UHGV virus genome: UHGV-0385955
Strand: one strand, 5' to 3'
Length of the DNA: 35,862 bases
Origin: a virus
Part shown: piece by piece, positions 16,950 through 25,934 of the stretch
Layout of the letters: each line of letters opens with the position of its first letter
Numbering within the stretch: the stretch's first letter is position 1
Program-made: the position numbers and the translations under genes
Notes under the pieces: model-generated
What the model was told of the DNA's origin: nothing
Seen by the model: only the letters and a program-made list of their open reading frames with translations
The model's database searches: none

Positions 16950-18148
16950 TTCCTAAACCTCCTAAATCGTTTTGGTACGGGTGCCACTCTGCCGCGCATA
17001 TCGTAATAGATGCGCTCTCTTTCTTGTTGTAGACCCATTTTCTTGCAAAATCTGGTGTATTCTCCCAGTTGTCCTTGATACTTTGCTTTCGCAAGCATCA
17101 CATCGTCTGGATCAGCTCCGCCCTGTTTTAGTAGCACAGCCTTTTCTCTCTGTGCCCTCATAGCGGTTTCCATTTTCCTCTGTTGCTGTCTGGCTTCGTA
17201 TAAGGTGTATTCCTTGCCGTTAAACGTCTTAGGTATACTTTCCTTTCGGTTCTGCTCTACAAGCCAAGAATCAGACCAATTCCGCTCCGAGACGCCTTTT
17301 ACAAAAGGGTAATACTCATGGTAACAGTTTGCTCCAAGTAGTCCGGTAACTGTTCCAAGACCGCATACCGTGACAAGTTCTTTCTTGCTCCATACCTTGC
17401 CTTGCCAGACAGCGTGTGATGGTCTCGCTCCGGCGTGCCACGCGACTTCGTAATGCTCTGTCCCAAGCTTATCGGCGTTCATTTCTGATATTTTCCCGGT
17501 AAGCTGTGACACACCCGTCATAACCGCTCTCCTTGCCGCCACATCTACCCTGCTATGCCACCCAGAAGTGTAGTCAATGCTTCTGAGTCCGCTGTTGGTG
17601 AGTTGCGTGACCACCTTGCGAATCATGGTGTTGTAGTCAAATGCACCGTAAACCACTCCCGTGATAGCCTTATCAAGGTATCCTTGGTAGATGTCGGATA
17701 ATGGAGTCATAACGAGCCTACCGCCGCCATAATCCACATAAAATCCCATGGACTTTGTGACGTTCCGCAGATCATCATTGCTCTGCTGGATAAAGCCATC
17801 TGCAAGCTGTTGCAACTCCTTATTATCCTCGTATGGGATATATTCTGCATTAATCTGCTCGTAGATGTCTTTATTACGGACATATTCCCAGTCGATTACC
17901 TTGTCGTACAGCTCAAACACTTCCGGATAGGACAGGTTTAGAGCAGTTTTAATCATCTTTTCGATGTCCTCAGAAGAGTACCCGATGATCTGCAACCGGT
18001 TAATCTGCCAGTCGGCTGTGCTTGTGATTTTTCCCGCTTTTTTAATCCGGCGAACAATGTCCTCGAGAATCATCTGTTCCAAATCAAGAAAATGCTTCTC
18101 GATCTGTCCGGATAGCTGCTTTTTGTAGTCTTCCCTCAATTGGTTCAC
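16946..18148 (-). CDS. Minor head protein, SPP1 gp7 / Mu F family (head morphogenesis)
   Basis: 400 aa, directly after the portal gene. Sequence features fit the Phage_Mu_F family. Confidence 0.8.
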   Translation of the reverse strand: MNQLREDYKKQLSGQIEKHFLDLEQMILEDIVRRIKKAGKITSTADWQINRLQIIGYSSEDIEKMIKTALNLSYPEVFELYDKVIDWEYVRNKDIYEQINAEYIPYEDNKELQQLADGFIQQSNDDLRNVTKSMGFYVDYGGGRLVMTPLSDIYQGYLDKAITGVVYGAFDYNTMIRKVVTQLTNSGLRSIDYTSGWHSRVDVAARRAVMTGVSQLTGKISEMNADKLGTEHYEVAWHAGARPSHAVWQGKVWSKKELVTVCGLGTVTGLLGANCYHEYYPFVKGVSERNWSDSWLVEQNRKESIPKTFNGKEYTLYEARQQQRKMETAMRAQREKAVLLKQGGADPDDVMLAKAKYQGQLGEYTRFCKKMGLQQERERIYYDMRGRVAPVPKRFRRFRK

Positions 18149-19516
18149 CTACTCCATTACTTTGATCTGCTCTGGCAACATCTTTTTCGCTGTGGCTTCG
18201 TCCTCGTTGTACCACTTCATGCGGTATTCCAAATGCGACATCACTCCCATACTCACGTCCTGTCTGTCCTGCTGACGCTCTGTTTCCTCATCGGTCAGTA
18301 TGGAATCGTTGAATTTGCAAGAGAACTCATATCCCGAATTAAGCATACTGTTGTAGAATGCAAGCCCTGCAGCAAAGTCCTCTAAGCAATCGTATAAGTT
18401 GTTCTGGATCGCCGTCACTCGGTTGTACTTGCGGTTCTTTGATGCTTTAATTTCCGTGGCTGTTTTCGCTACTTCCTGCGCATCTGACAGGTCTCCATAA
18501 GCAAGACCTACGGAAAATTCAATCTCGCGCTTGTATTCCTCCAACCCGCGCTTAAAGGCTTCGTCCCTCATTTCTGGGGAGTATTCCTTTAACAGTTCTT
18601 GGTCTTTCCCAGCATCCAGATTCATCCCCCGATACAATTTGTTTTTGAGTTTTGGCAGTCCAAGTTTTCCGGTTGCCTTGTCTTGCTTAAGTGCTCTATT
18701 ATCCACATGGATAGCACGCTCGCCCGATTCGTATTCCCAGTCAAGCCTCGCACCCTGCGTGTCCGCTTTTCGAATCAACTCCGCAGCCGACTCATACACT
18801 GATACGCCGCATGCGGAACCATCTATTTTATTTTTGATTGGATTGCGGTAATACCCAAAGTCCATTCGGTTCATGCCTGGGTATGTAATCGGTCCAGGTA
18901 GGATATTTTCCCACTCTTCCACTGCTTCTAAGCTGCACGGAAGACCGATATCATTCGCTGTCTGGGAGTGAAAACACTTGTTTTCTATAGTCAGATTCCC
19001 GTCAATGAAATAGTGCCGTTCAAGCTTTGTGAAATAATCAGCGTCCCCAACCTTTTTTACGGTCAAAAACGCAATATCATTCGGCTTTCCATCATCCCCG
19101 AAGCTAATCGGGATAATCTTGTCAGCGGAAACGAATTCAGCAGCCGCTTCTCCCAGTGGTTTCAAAACAAATGACCCAAGTGCAAGCCCTTCCTGCAGGT
19201 TTTCATTCAGGCTTGCGATATTCTTCTGATAAATCTTGTCCAGACGTTCATTTGTCACACTGGTTTCCATTTCAACCAGAGCGCAGTCCGCAAACTCTCG
19301 GCAAATTCCGTCTTCAATCCCAAGAGAAACAATGCTATCAGAGATCCAATCTGCATCACCATTTAACATCTGTCTCCATCTGTTGATTGCATCTATCATG
19401 TCGTTGGATAGTGCGATATCCTTGCCGATAATCTGTTTTAATGTTGTATACCCAAACATCCTCATGATTCCTTTCCAAAGTCTTTTAATCCCATCAAACA
19501 TTTTCCACCTCTTCAA
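18149..19516 (-). CDS. Portal protein (SPP1 gp6-like)
   Basis: 455 aa. Follows TerL with a 23-nt overlap. Confidence 0.85.
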   Translation of the reverse strand: MKRWKMFDGIKRLWKGIMRMFGYTTLKQIIGKDIALSNDMIDAINRWRQMLNGDADWISDSIVSLGIEDGICREFADCALVEMETSVTNERLDKIYQKNIASLNENLQEGLALGSFVLKPLGEAAAEFVSADKIIPISFGDDGKPNDIAFLTVKKVGDADYFTKLERHYFIDGNLTIENKCFHSQTANDIGLPCSLEAVEEWENILPGPITYPGMNRMDFGYYRNPIKNKIDGSACGVSVYESAAELIRKADTQGARLDWEYESGERAIHVDNRALKQDKATGKLGLPKLKNKLYRGMNLDAGKDQELLKEYSPEMRDEAFKRGLEEYKREIEFSVGLAYGDLSDAQEVAKTATEIKASKNRKYNRVTAIQNNLYDCLEDFAAGLAFYNSMLNSGYEFSCKFNDSILTDEETERQQDRQDVSMGVMSHLEYRMKWYNEDEATAKKMLPEQIKVME

Positions 19517-20828
19517 TTAGGTATTTCATGTCGCGTTCGATCGTGTACTCAAACGCATCCAAGCTGTCAATGTCAGTGCTGCCATCGTCCAAGCGTTCGT
19601 CTTTGTCCTTTACTTCTTTGTCCCACACTGCATCAGAAAGAGCCGTTTGCAAACTTTCGCAATCGCTCGTAATAAAAAACCGCCCAGCCCCCATGAGCTT
19701 GACGGTGCATCTGATTCTGTCATTGATCGGTCTTTTCTTCGCCGGTTTGACAGCAATCCACGGAAACTCTTTTTCCACAGCATTACGGACAGAGTTCCCG
19801 AGTACTGTCTCCGCATTGTCCCAAAATACGGATTCTACGTTGCAATATTGCACATAGTCTCCACTCTTCACGCACACAGAGTAATCATCTATCACTTCTT
19901 GTACGAACTCGCAGAACAACTTATTCAGTCGATTGCTGTCGATATCCTCTTCTTCATCCTTCGCCATGACTCTTCTGGATTTTAAAGCAATCACGTCTCT
20001 GTAATCGTCCGTATATCCTCTGGCAACGAAAGAGTGACCAGACTGATTACCTCCAAAGTCCAATCCGATCTCGATTGATGTAATATCTTCCTTTCGGAAC
20101 TGCTTATACTCTGAGTCTGGAGAGAATTCATCCACAATCTCGCATCTAAATGATTCCGGATTATCAGCAAACCGCTTATAAATTGCCCCATCTGCTCGTT
20201 TCCATAAGCCAAGGATGAGGCGGTCATAATAGATTGTACCCTCATATTCCTTGCAGAGTTGCTTAACAAATTCTGGATCCAGAAATGGATTATCGAATAT
20301 GGTGTACTTTTGGAGATAGATATCCAGCTCTACATTGTCGATGAACTCTTTGAGCCAATGCGTAGGGTGTTCCGGGTTACAAGCCCCATCGAAGCAGGAA
20401 TACGGTTTATCAAGACGGGACTTTAACATCTGGAAGACTTCTTTGTTCCATTTTGCGATCTCATCGCCATAGCAGTACTTAATGGATGCCCCCTGTATCT
20501 TTGCGACTTGACTGACCTTTTCTGCACCGAGACAATAAACATCCTCTCCGCACACCCTTGCCACATTCCGGTTGTTAATGTTCCCGATCAGATCACTGGT
20601 ATAGATCTCTCTCATCGGTTGGAGCACGTTTCGCTCAATGGATTCTTTAGAGACTCCCATTATTACATTTAAGCCGGGGAGTCCAGCTCTATCTCGGATT
20701 CTTTTTGGAACAATATAAGCAGTATCTACAAATGACTTTCCAGAACGCACCGCGCCAGATTTAATATTCCATCTGTGCGTTGCATTCATTATGTACTCAT
20801 TCTGCTTTTTGCTTAGCTGCATTGTCAT
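19494..20828 (-). CDS. Terminase large subunit (PBSX/Terminase_3 family)
   Basis: Walker A motif KSGAVRSGKS. 444 aa. Downstream of TerS. Confidence 0.9.
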   Translation of the reverse strand: MTMQLSKKQNEYIMNATHRWNIKSGAVRSGKSFVDTAYIVPKRIRDRAGLPGLNVIMGVSKESIERNVLQPMREIYTSDLIGNINNRNVARVCGEDVYCLGAEKVSQVAKIQGASIKYCYGDEIAKWNKEVFQMLKSRLDKPYSCFDGACNPEHPTHWLKEFIDNVELDIYLQKYTIFDNPFLDPEFVKQLCKEYEGTIYYDRLILGLWKRADGAIYKRFADNPESFRCEIVDEFSPDSEYKQFRKEDITSIEIGLDFGGNQSGHSFVARGYTDDYRDVIALKSRRVMAKDEEEDIDSNRLNKLFCEFVQEVIDDYSVCVKSGDYVQYCNVESVFWDNAETVLGNSVRNAVEKEFPWIAVKPAKKRPINDRIRCTVKLMGAGRFFITSDCESLQTALSDAVWDKEVKDKDERLDDGSTDIDSLDAFEYTIERDMKYLIEEVENV

Positions 20829-21264
20829 GCAATCCTTTCAAGATTTCATCCAGCTTCTCAATCGCTGTCCTATCTTCATATTCCTGCTTATCTCTCCATT
20901 TGTCCGGTTTCCGGTTCTTCAACCAGAAGATCTGGGCTGTAGTGTCCGGTGCTACTTGCTTTGTGACCTTTTTCGTAGTTTTCATCTCATCGAGTTCCGG
21001 TATGTATTCTCTGGTCGTTTCCGTGTACTCGTATCCAAGCGCACGTTTTAGCAAAGCATTCTCGACTTGACGATCAACGACCTCTTTTCCTCTTTTTAGG
21101 GTGTCCGAAATGTCCGAATACTTGTCTTTCCAGCTATTTAATGTGCTTCTGGAAATTCCGATATTATCTGCAATCTGCTCGTCCGTCAAGCCATCTCTCG
21201 CCCATCCCTCTATCTTTAGCAAGCCTTCCGGCTCTAGCCACTCTTGATATTTACCTTTTGCCAT
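20797..21264 (-). CDS. Terminase small subunit (HTH-containing). Probable start MAKGKYQEW at 21264.
   Basis: RBS AAAGGTGGTGAG precedes the ATG. HTH region GLTDEQIADNIGISRSTLNSW. It overlaps the TerL start. Confidence 0.7.
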   Translation of the reverse strand: MAKGKYQEWLEPEGLLKIEGWARDGLTDEQIADNIGISRSTLNSWKDKYSDISDTLKRGKEVVDRQVENALLKRALGYEYTETTREYIPELDEMKTTKKVTKQVAPDTTAQIFWLKNRKPDKWRDKQEYEDRTAIEKLDEILKGLHDNAAKQKAE

Positions 21265-21425
21265 CCGACTCACCACCTTTATAGCATAATAAAAGCACCC
21301 ATCTCTGGATGCTAAGAATGTAGGACTACTGCTGAAAGAATTAATAACGCCAACAAAAACCAAAATAACCAAATACACAATCAAAATTTATAAGAAAAAA
21401 GGAGGAACCTTGCAGTAGTCCACAA

Positions 21426-21498
21426 CGGGTATAGCAGGACTCGAACCTACGACACATCGGTTAACAGCCGATTGCTCTACCAACTGAGCTATACACCC
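21426..21498 (-). tRNA. tRNA-Asn (anticodon GTT)
   Basis: Hand-folded cloverleaf. Acceptor GGGTGTA / TATACCC. D-arm GCTC AGTTGGTA GAGC. Anticodon loop CTGTTAA. T-arm GTAGG TTCGAGT CCTGC. Discriminator G. No encoded CCA. Confidence 0.75.
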
Positions 21499-21731
21499 GT
21501 AGGATGCCTTTTATTGACATCCTTTACCCTATCCGCACTCGGGTACTGACACTAAATATAGATTGCTGAATCTATTTTTGTTTGTTTTGCAGATCTGCGG
21601 ATATCTGCGTTTTGTGATATCACTCCGTAGCACTTCCACGGCATTCCGGATTTTTAATATTTACCGTGATATGCTACTAAACCGTGTGCAGGGATCGAAC
21701 CTGCTTGTCCCAACTGACCACGGCATAGAAA

Positions 21732-21767
21732 CACCGCCAGACAAGAAAGGGTAAAAGTCCGGCGGTG
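21732..21767 (-). terminator. Hairpin downstream of the late-activator gene
   Basis: CACCGCCAGAC (21732..21742) pairs with GTCCGGCGGTG (21757..21767) with one G-U pair. On the minus RNA it is followed by UUUCUAU. Confidence 0.4.
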
Positions 21768-21846
21768 TTCTGAATGTTTGGAAAGATTGTTTTAGAACAA
21801 TATACAATCGTTCTAGGATAATTATAGCATAAGTAAAATATAAATG

Positions 21847-22269
21847 CTATAAATCTTTAAGCTGTGCGCTTATAATCTGCGATACTCGCGCCTGGGTATA
21901 TCCAATTTCATCTGCGACTTTTTGCTGGGTTTTCCCCTCAAGATAGTGCAACTCAAATATCTCTTTAATCTCCGGATCATCAATCCCATTTATGTAGTCT
22001 TCGACTTCTTCTTGCTCTTTCAGGATCCGCAGCCTGTCCGCTTCTTTTCGCCTAATCTGCTGTCTTACATTCTCTTCTTCGTAAGGGTCATACATTTGTA
22101 CAGATGTTCTCACTTCGGTGTACGGAAAATCTGCACTGGATCCCGTTACCTTCCCCATGACAACAGTCGATTCCCGTTCACAGAGTTCTTGTATCTGATT
22201 CTCAATCCGGATAAGTCTATCTTTGTTTGGTTTGTACTTTTTCAGTGTTCTCTTGTCCACTGGCAACAC
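21847..22269 (-). CDS. Putative late-gene transcriptional activator (ArpU/RinA-type position) with a sigma-70 region-4-like HTH
   Basis: The C-terminus LEGKTQQKVADEIGYTQARVSQI resembles sigma region 4. It is the last early gene, immediately upstream of the tRNA and TerS. Confidence 0.6.
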   Translation of the reverse strand: MLPVDKRTLKKYKPNKDRLIRIENQIQELCERESTVVMGKVTGSSADFPYTEVRTSVQMYDPYEEENVRQQIRRKEADRLRILKEQEEVEDYINGIDDPEIKEIFELHYLEGKTQQKVADEIGYTQARVSQIISAQLKDL

Positions 22270-22444
22270 TCCCTTTCGTATCTACTCCCCATTTTCTTAA
22301 GCAATCCTCTACAGAGTACGCACCTCTTTGCATCCACTTTTTGGCATTCTCTGTTGGTTCATGTTCGGCCAGATCAGCAAAATGATCATCACGGTCTTGC
22401 TTCATCTCTTTCTTTCCGCGTCTGTGCTTTAAAGTCCCTCTCAT
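22217..22444 (-). CDS. Hypothetical basic protein, 75 aa. Overlaps the start of the downstream gene by 53 nt.
   Basis: ORF only. Uncertain. Confidence 0.3.
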   Translation of the reverse strand: MRGTLKHRRGKKEMKQDRDDHFADLAEHEPTENAKKWMQRGAYSVEDCLRKWGVDTKGSVASGQENTEKVQTKQR

Positions 22445-22451
22445 ATCTGTA

Positions 22452-22643
22452 TCACCTCCATAATCTCCGCACTATCCAATCCAAAAACACCACAAAAAGC
22501 AGTATCGGGAAGCATGCCGCTACTAAATAATCCTCACACTCCAGCTCCACATCCTCTTCCAATCCTGTCTTTAGGGCAATCACTGTTCCAAGCCCCAGGA
22601 TGTAATACAGGGCTAGGAATGCGATTGTGATTAAAATGTCCAT
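22452..22643 (-). CDS. Small membrane protein, two transmembrane segments. Probable start MDILITIAF at 22643.
   Basis: Hydrophobic segments. The chosen start leaves a 1-nt gap after the upstream gene. Confidence 0.4.
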   Translation of the reverse strand: MDILITIAFLALYYILGLGTVIALKTGLEEDVELECEDYLVAACFPILLFVVFLDWIVRRLWR

Positions 22644-22644
22644 G

Positions 22645-23082
22645 TTATTCCTCCTTGTATGGTTCTGGAAATGGCTGCCATGCAACAACTTCTTTCTTAT
22701 TTGCTTCTATGAACTCATTATAAAATTCTTCGTAAATATACCATCGATCGTCTCTAACTCTGTAAAAACCACACTTAACAGCTCCATATGATGTTTGCAC
22801 ATTCAGCAATGGATAATATTTACCATCACCAGCTTCCGGCAATTTATCACTTACCGGAATCCAACCGTTTTTACTAGGGACATTTGTGTCATTAGCCAAC
22901 TCTAAATACTTCTTCATTTTATGAATTGCTTGCACTATCACGCCATCATCACAATTGCATATACCATCTTCCACGTCACAGCAAGCACCTTCGCATTGAT
23001 TAAAGCATTTTTCATTTTCTTCTATTAGTTCTTTGATCGCTACAATTTCTTTTTCTTCCAAAATCTTCTCTAATACGTTCAT
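22645..23082 (-). CDS. DUF551-domain protein
   Basis: The C-terminus WIPVSDKLPE ... WQPFPEPYKEE matches the DUF551 signature common in phage early regions. Confidence 0.65.
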   Translation of the reverse strand: MNVLEKILEEKEIVAIKELIEENEKCFNQCEGACCDVEDGICNCDDGVIVQAIHKMKKYLELANDTNVPSKNGWIPVSDKLPEAGDGKYYPLLNVQTSYGAVKCGFYRVRDDRWYIYEEFYNEFIEANKKEVVAWQPFPEPYKEE

Positions 23083-23270
23083 TCCACATTCTCCTTATCC
23101 ACATACTTCTCTACGACATCCACTGCGCAAGTCAGCCCATAAATATAGCTTTCCAATTCTTCCGCTGTTTTGCTTGTTCCGTATCTTCGCTTTTCTTCTT
23201 TCAAAGTTTCGTAGGCGTCATTTTTCATGCTTTCGATTTCTTCCACGATTTTCTCTAATACGTTCATCAC
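23079..23270 (-). CDS. Hypothetical protein, 63 aa. It shares its first 9 residues (MNVLEKI.EE) with the downstream gene.
   Basis: 17-nt identical DNA at both gene starts. Confidence 0.5.
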   Translation of the reverse strand: MMNVLEKIVEEIESMKNDAYETLKEEKRRYGTSKTAEELESYIYGLTCAVDVVEKYVDKENVE

Positions 23271-23560
23271 TCCACCTCCAACAAATCAAGCCATTCTTCC
23301 AATGTCTCTTTTGTAATTTCCAACCACGAACCATCATCTACAGCATCAAGATGAACATGATCAGAACCACCAATCATCATGTGACCACTTTCGTCTAGCT
23401 CGTAAATTTTCCCTTCTTCAATCACAATTGTATCGTTTTCGATTAAGAAACCATCATCGTCGTATTTATCTACGCAGAAAGTTTTCTTGCACTTATATCT
23501 CTTACTCATTTTCCTTTCCTCCGTTCTGTCGCATCTGTTCAATGTAAATATCTGTTGCAC
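23267..23560 (-). CDS. Hypothetical protein. Likely start MSKRYKCKK at about 23509.
   Basis: ORF only. Acidic C-terminus. Confidence 0.4.
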   Translation of the reverse strand: MQQIFTLNRCDRTEERKMSKRYKCKKTFCVDKYDDDGFLIENDTIVIEEGKIYELDESGHMMIGGSDHVHLDAVDDGSWLEITKETLEEWLDLLEVE

Positions 23561-23687
23561 ACCTTACAATTTCTGGTTTCATGCCATCGTAATCAGTGCC
23601 TTTGTAGAAATTCTTGTTACACGATCTTTTAATCATGCACAGGATATCTTCAAATGTTTGTTCTCTCATCTTTTCGCTCCACTTCAT
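23502..23687 (-). CDS. Hypothetical protein, 61 aa
   Basis: ORF in the operon packing. Confidence 0.4.
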   Translation of the reverse strand: MKWSEKMREQTFEDILCMIKRSCNKNFYKGTDYDGMKPEIVRCATDIYIEQMRQNGGKENE

Positions 23688-23838
23688 TGTTGTATTTCAG
23701 GCACTTTCCATCCTTGTACGCTACGCATTTCTCTTTAATACACGGATTCAACACTGGTCTGACAAAATCTCCATTCCCAATAAGCATTGCTTTTACCTCT
23801 TCTTTTCCCGTTAAATCAGGGCAAAATAAAATCATCAC
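23650..23838 (-). CDS. Hypothetical protein, 62 aa, Cys-containing. GTG start.
   Basis: ORF only. Confidence 0.35.
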   Translation of the reverse strand: MMILFCPDLTGKEEVKAMLIGNGDFVRPVLNPCIKEKCVAYKDGKCLKYNNEVERKDERTNI

Positions 23839-23984
23839 TCCACCTCCTCATATTCCGGACACTCCACACAATACTCATACCGGTCCATTCTTGCACACTG
23901 CTCTTTGCACACTTCGTTTTCTGGGCATTCTATGCAGCAATAATCGTGTCCGCATATACTTGTTAATTTGCATCTTCCCATCAT
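23835..23984 (-). CDS. Small Cys-rich protein, 49 aa, with four CxxC-like pairs
   Basis: MMGRCKLTSICGHDYCCIECPENEVCKEQCARMDRYEYCVECPEYEEVE. Packed between neighbouring genes. Confidence 0.3.
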   Translation of the reverse strand: MMGRCKLTSICGHDYCCIECPENEVCKEQCARMDRYEYCVECPEYEEVE

Positions 23985-23986
23985 GG

Positions 23987-24355
23987 TTATTCCTCACTCC
24001 AATCTATTTTCTGTCCGCAATTCGGGCAGTAGAAATGTTCATATCCTTTTTCGCAAATATATTCACTTTTGCACGTAGGGCATTTAAAGTTAATGTCACC
24101 AAGTATGTAGTCCATTATATTCGGCTTCTTCGCCGTATCTCGCTCTTTCAGTTCCTGCATCTGCTCCAGCAGCTTTGCGCAATTGTTATATTGGTTCAAA
24201 ATATCGCACACAAACCGTCCCATCTTGCACTCTGCGCATTTATCTTCCAGTTGCTCTCCGCTTAGCTGGTTCGGATACTTACACAGGTTGTCGCAGATAT
24301 GCTCCATCATTTCCGTTGTGATCCCGTCCATCCATGTTTCTTCTGTTTTTGGCAT
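23987..24355 (-). CDS. Cys-rich zinc-finger protein, 122 aa
   Basis: CAECK, CPTC and CPNC motifs. Directly upstream is the PAPS-reductase-family gene. Confidence 0.5.
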   Translation of the reverse strand: MPKTEETWMDGITTEMMEHICDNLCKYPNQLSGEQLEDKCAECKMGRFVCDILNQYNNCAKLLEQMQELKERDTAKKPNIMDYILGDINFKCPTCKSEYICEKGYEHFYCPNCGQKIDWSEE

Positions 24356-24358
24356 TAG

Positions 24359-25243
24359 TCATTCCTCCGCAATAAAGTCTTCCATTCTCATTTGCCCTGG
24401 TATGTTTTCGTCTTCCATCCACCAAAGAAATACCTCTTCCCCTGTCGTCCACTTACATTCTTTTCCTCTTCGTTCACGTTCTTTCAACATCCTGTCGAAA
24501 GCATTTATATACAATTGCTTATACTTTGGAAAATCTGCAAACTCTTTGTAACGCTTCTTGCCTGCCATCGGACATCCGATGCAACCAACACGATCATATC
24601 CGCACTGGTACAGCTCGCACGTCTCTATTTTCTCGGAATTTATATATCCCCAGATATCACTATGCGTCCAATCTATGATAGGATTTACAATCATTTTTTT
24701 CTGCTGCATACATAGCTCACTCATCCGTCTTCGTGCATCGTTATCCTCCATCAGCATTATCTTCGTAAATTTTTCTTTCTCTTTTTGGGTTTGTCCGAGC
24801 TTTTCAAACTCTTCCCTTTTCAATCTGGAAGTACTTTCGTCCCATCTTACTCCGGTTGCGATATACCGGTTTGCACATCCAGTTTCTTTCAGCGTAGAGC
24901 AACAGTATCTTACAATTCTTGTCGGCGGGATAAGCTTTTCTGGAATTAAGCTCCACATGCTAATCAATTTTCCTTTATAGCGTGGTTTTTCTATTTCGCA
25001 CCTAATTCCATGCAGTTCCAGTTCTCGGAATACCTTCCGGATATGCCGAACTGTCTGTGGCGCATCTGCCGTTGTATGGCTGTTATGCACTTCAAACGGG
25101 ATTCCGGATTTCTTAAAAATCTCTAACATCACATCACTATCCTTTCCTCCGCTATACGTACAAACAAGCGGTCTACCATAGTGATGTAGACTCATTTCAC
25201 TTGCCATTTTAATTCTTTCGATTGCTTTTTTCTCTTTATCCAT
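24359..25243 (-). CDS. PAPS reductase-family PP-loop ATP pyrophosphatase (DndC/CysH-like fold)
   Basis: PP-loop motif VCTYSGGKDSDVML. 294 aa with a Cys-rich C-terminal half. Confidence 0.8.
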   Translation of the reverse strand: MDKEKKAIERIKMASEMSLHHYGRPLVCTYSGGKDSDVMLEIFKKSGIPFEVHNSHTTADAPQTVRHIRKVFRELELHGIRCEIEKPRYKGKLISMWSLIPEKLIPPTRIVRYCCSTLKETGCANRYIATGVRWDESTSRLKREEFEKLGQTQKEKEKFTKIMLMEDNDARRRMSELCMQQKKMIVNPIIDWTHSDIWGYINSEKIETCELYQCGYDRVGCIGCPMAGKKRYKEFADFPKYKQLYINAFDRMLKERERRGKECKWTTGEEVFLWWMEDENIPGQMRMEDFIAEE

Positions 25244-25317
25244 TTTCTCAGAAGCCCGGTATACCCTTGCCCCGGCCGGAGGCTGGCTCCTTTCTATTTT
25301 CGCTTATTTTTTATAAC

Positions 25318-25800
25318 CTACTGCAAATACCTCCGCATTAATATCCGGTTTGGATTCGACATCGCCCTGTTGAGCCGGCAACTGGTCCTCACCCAACCCT
25401 CGTGAAACTCCATGTAATTTGCAATGTTGCCAAAGATATCCTTGACCGAAGTTTCCTGCTTCTTCGACTCAGGCAGCATATCATTGTCTTTTAAAAAGTT
25501 TTTGAACGTTTCAATACTTGCATCGATTCCGCTCTCTTCGCTTATTGCTGCATAGATGTTCTGGATCGTAAGTCCGTATTCGATCATGCACTTAATTTCT
25601 CCCTTGTACGGTTCGTATTGTTTTCTTTTATTTTCCATTTTTCTTAACCACATCCTCTTGTTTGCTATTACCCTCTTTTTCACTTCTTTTCCAGTAATAT
25701 CCTCAAGTACTCTGCAGATATGCTCATCCGTGCATCCGAGTTTTACCATCTCTTCGATCTGGAACTTGTAGGGATCCAGAAAGTGTCCTGGTCTACTCAT
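25318..25800 (-). CDS. Hypothetical protein, 160 aa
   Basis: ORF. Possible N-terminal HTH-like segment. No family assigned. Confidence 0.55.
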   Translation of the reverse strand: MSRPGHFLDPYKFQIEEMVKLGCTDEHICRVLEDITGKEVKKRVIANKRMWLRKMENKRKQYEPYKGEIKCMIEYGLTIQNIYAAISEESGIDASIETFKNFLKDNDMLPESKKQETSVKDIFGNIANYMEFHEGWVRTSCRLNRAMSNPNRILMRRYLQ

Positions 25801-25925
25801 TTCCCTCTCACCCTATTCTTTCTCTTCCGCTTTGTGCTGCCGCGCGTAAACGCATCCATATTTCCGTGTCTCAATCCGGTAGACTGTTTCCTATAGACTC
25901 TAAAACCGTATCTTTTTCTGTTCAT
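25797..25925 (-). CDS. Small, highly basic ORF, 42 aa (MNRKRYGFRVYRKQSTGLRHGNMDAFTRGSTKRKRKNRVRGK)
   Basis: RBS AGGAGGCAAAC precedes the ATG. Its stop overlaps the downstream start. Confidence 0.25.
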   Translation of the reverse strand: MNRKRYGFRVYRKQSTGLRHGNMDAFTRGSTKRKRKNRVRGK

Positions 25926-25934
25926 GTTTGCCTC

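Noticed and set aside
21426-21498. The tRNA gene as an integration target (tyrosine-integrase style attP inside the tRNA)
   Set aside because: The integrase is a serine recombinase. The tRNA is intact and lies in the middle of the lytic operon, far from int.
21679-21724. Second tRNA gene upstream of tRNA-Asn
   Set aside because: Only a T-arm and a 5-bp closing helix are present. I could not fold D or anticodon arms in either orientation. It is treated as a tRNA-like fragment, not a gene.
21922-22530. 202-aa + strand ORF
   Set aside because: It is antisense to the late-activator gene and neighbouring minus-strand genes, and has no RBS.
23654-24265. 203-aa + strand ORF (and other + strand ORFs across 24183..24980)
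   Set aside because: It is antisense to tightly packed minus-strand early genes. Hydrophobic low-complexity translation.
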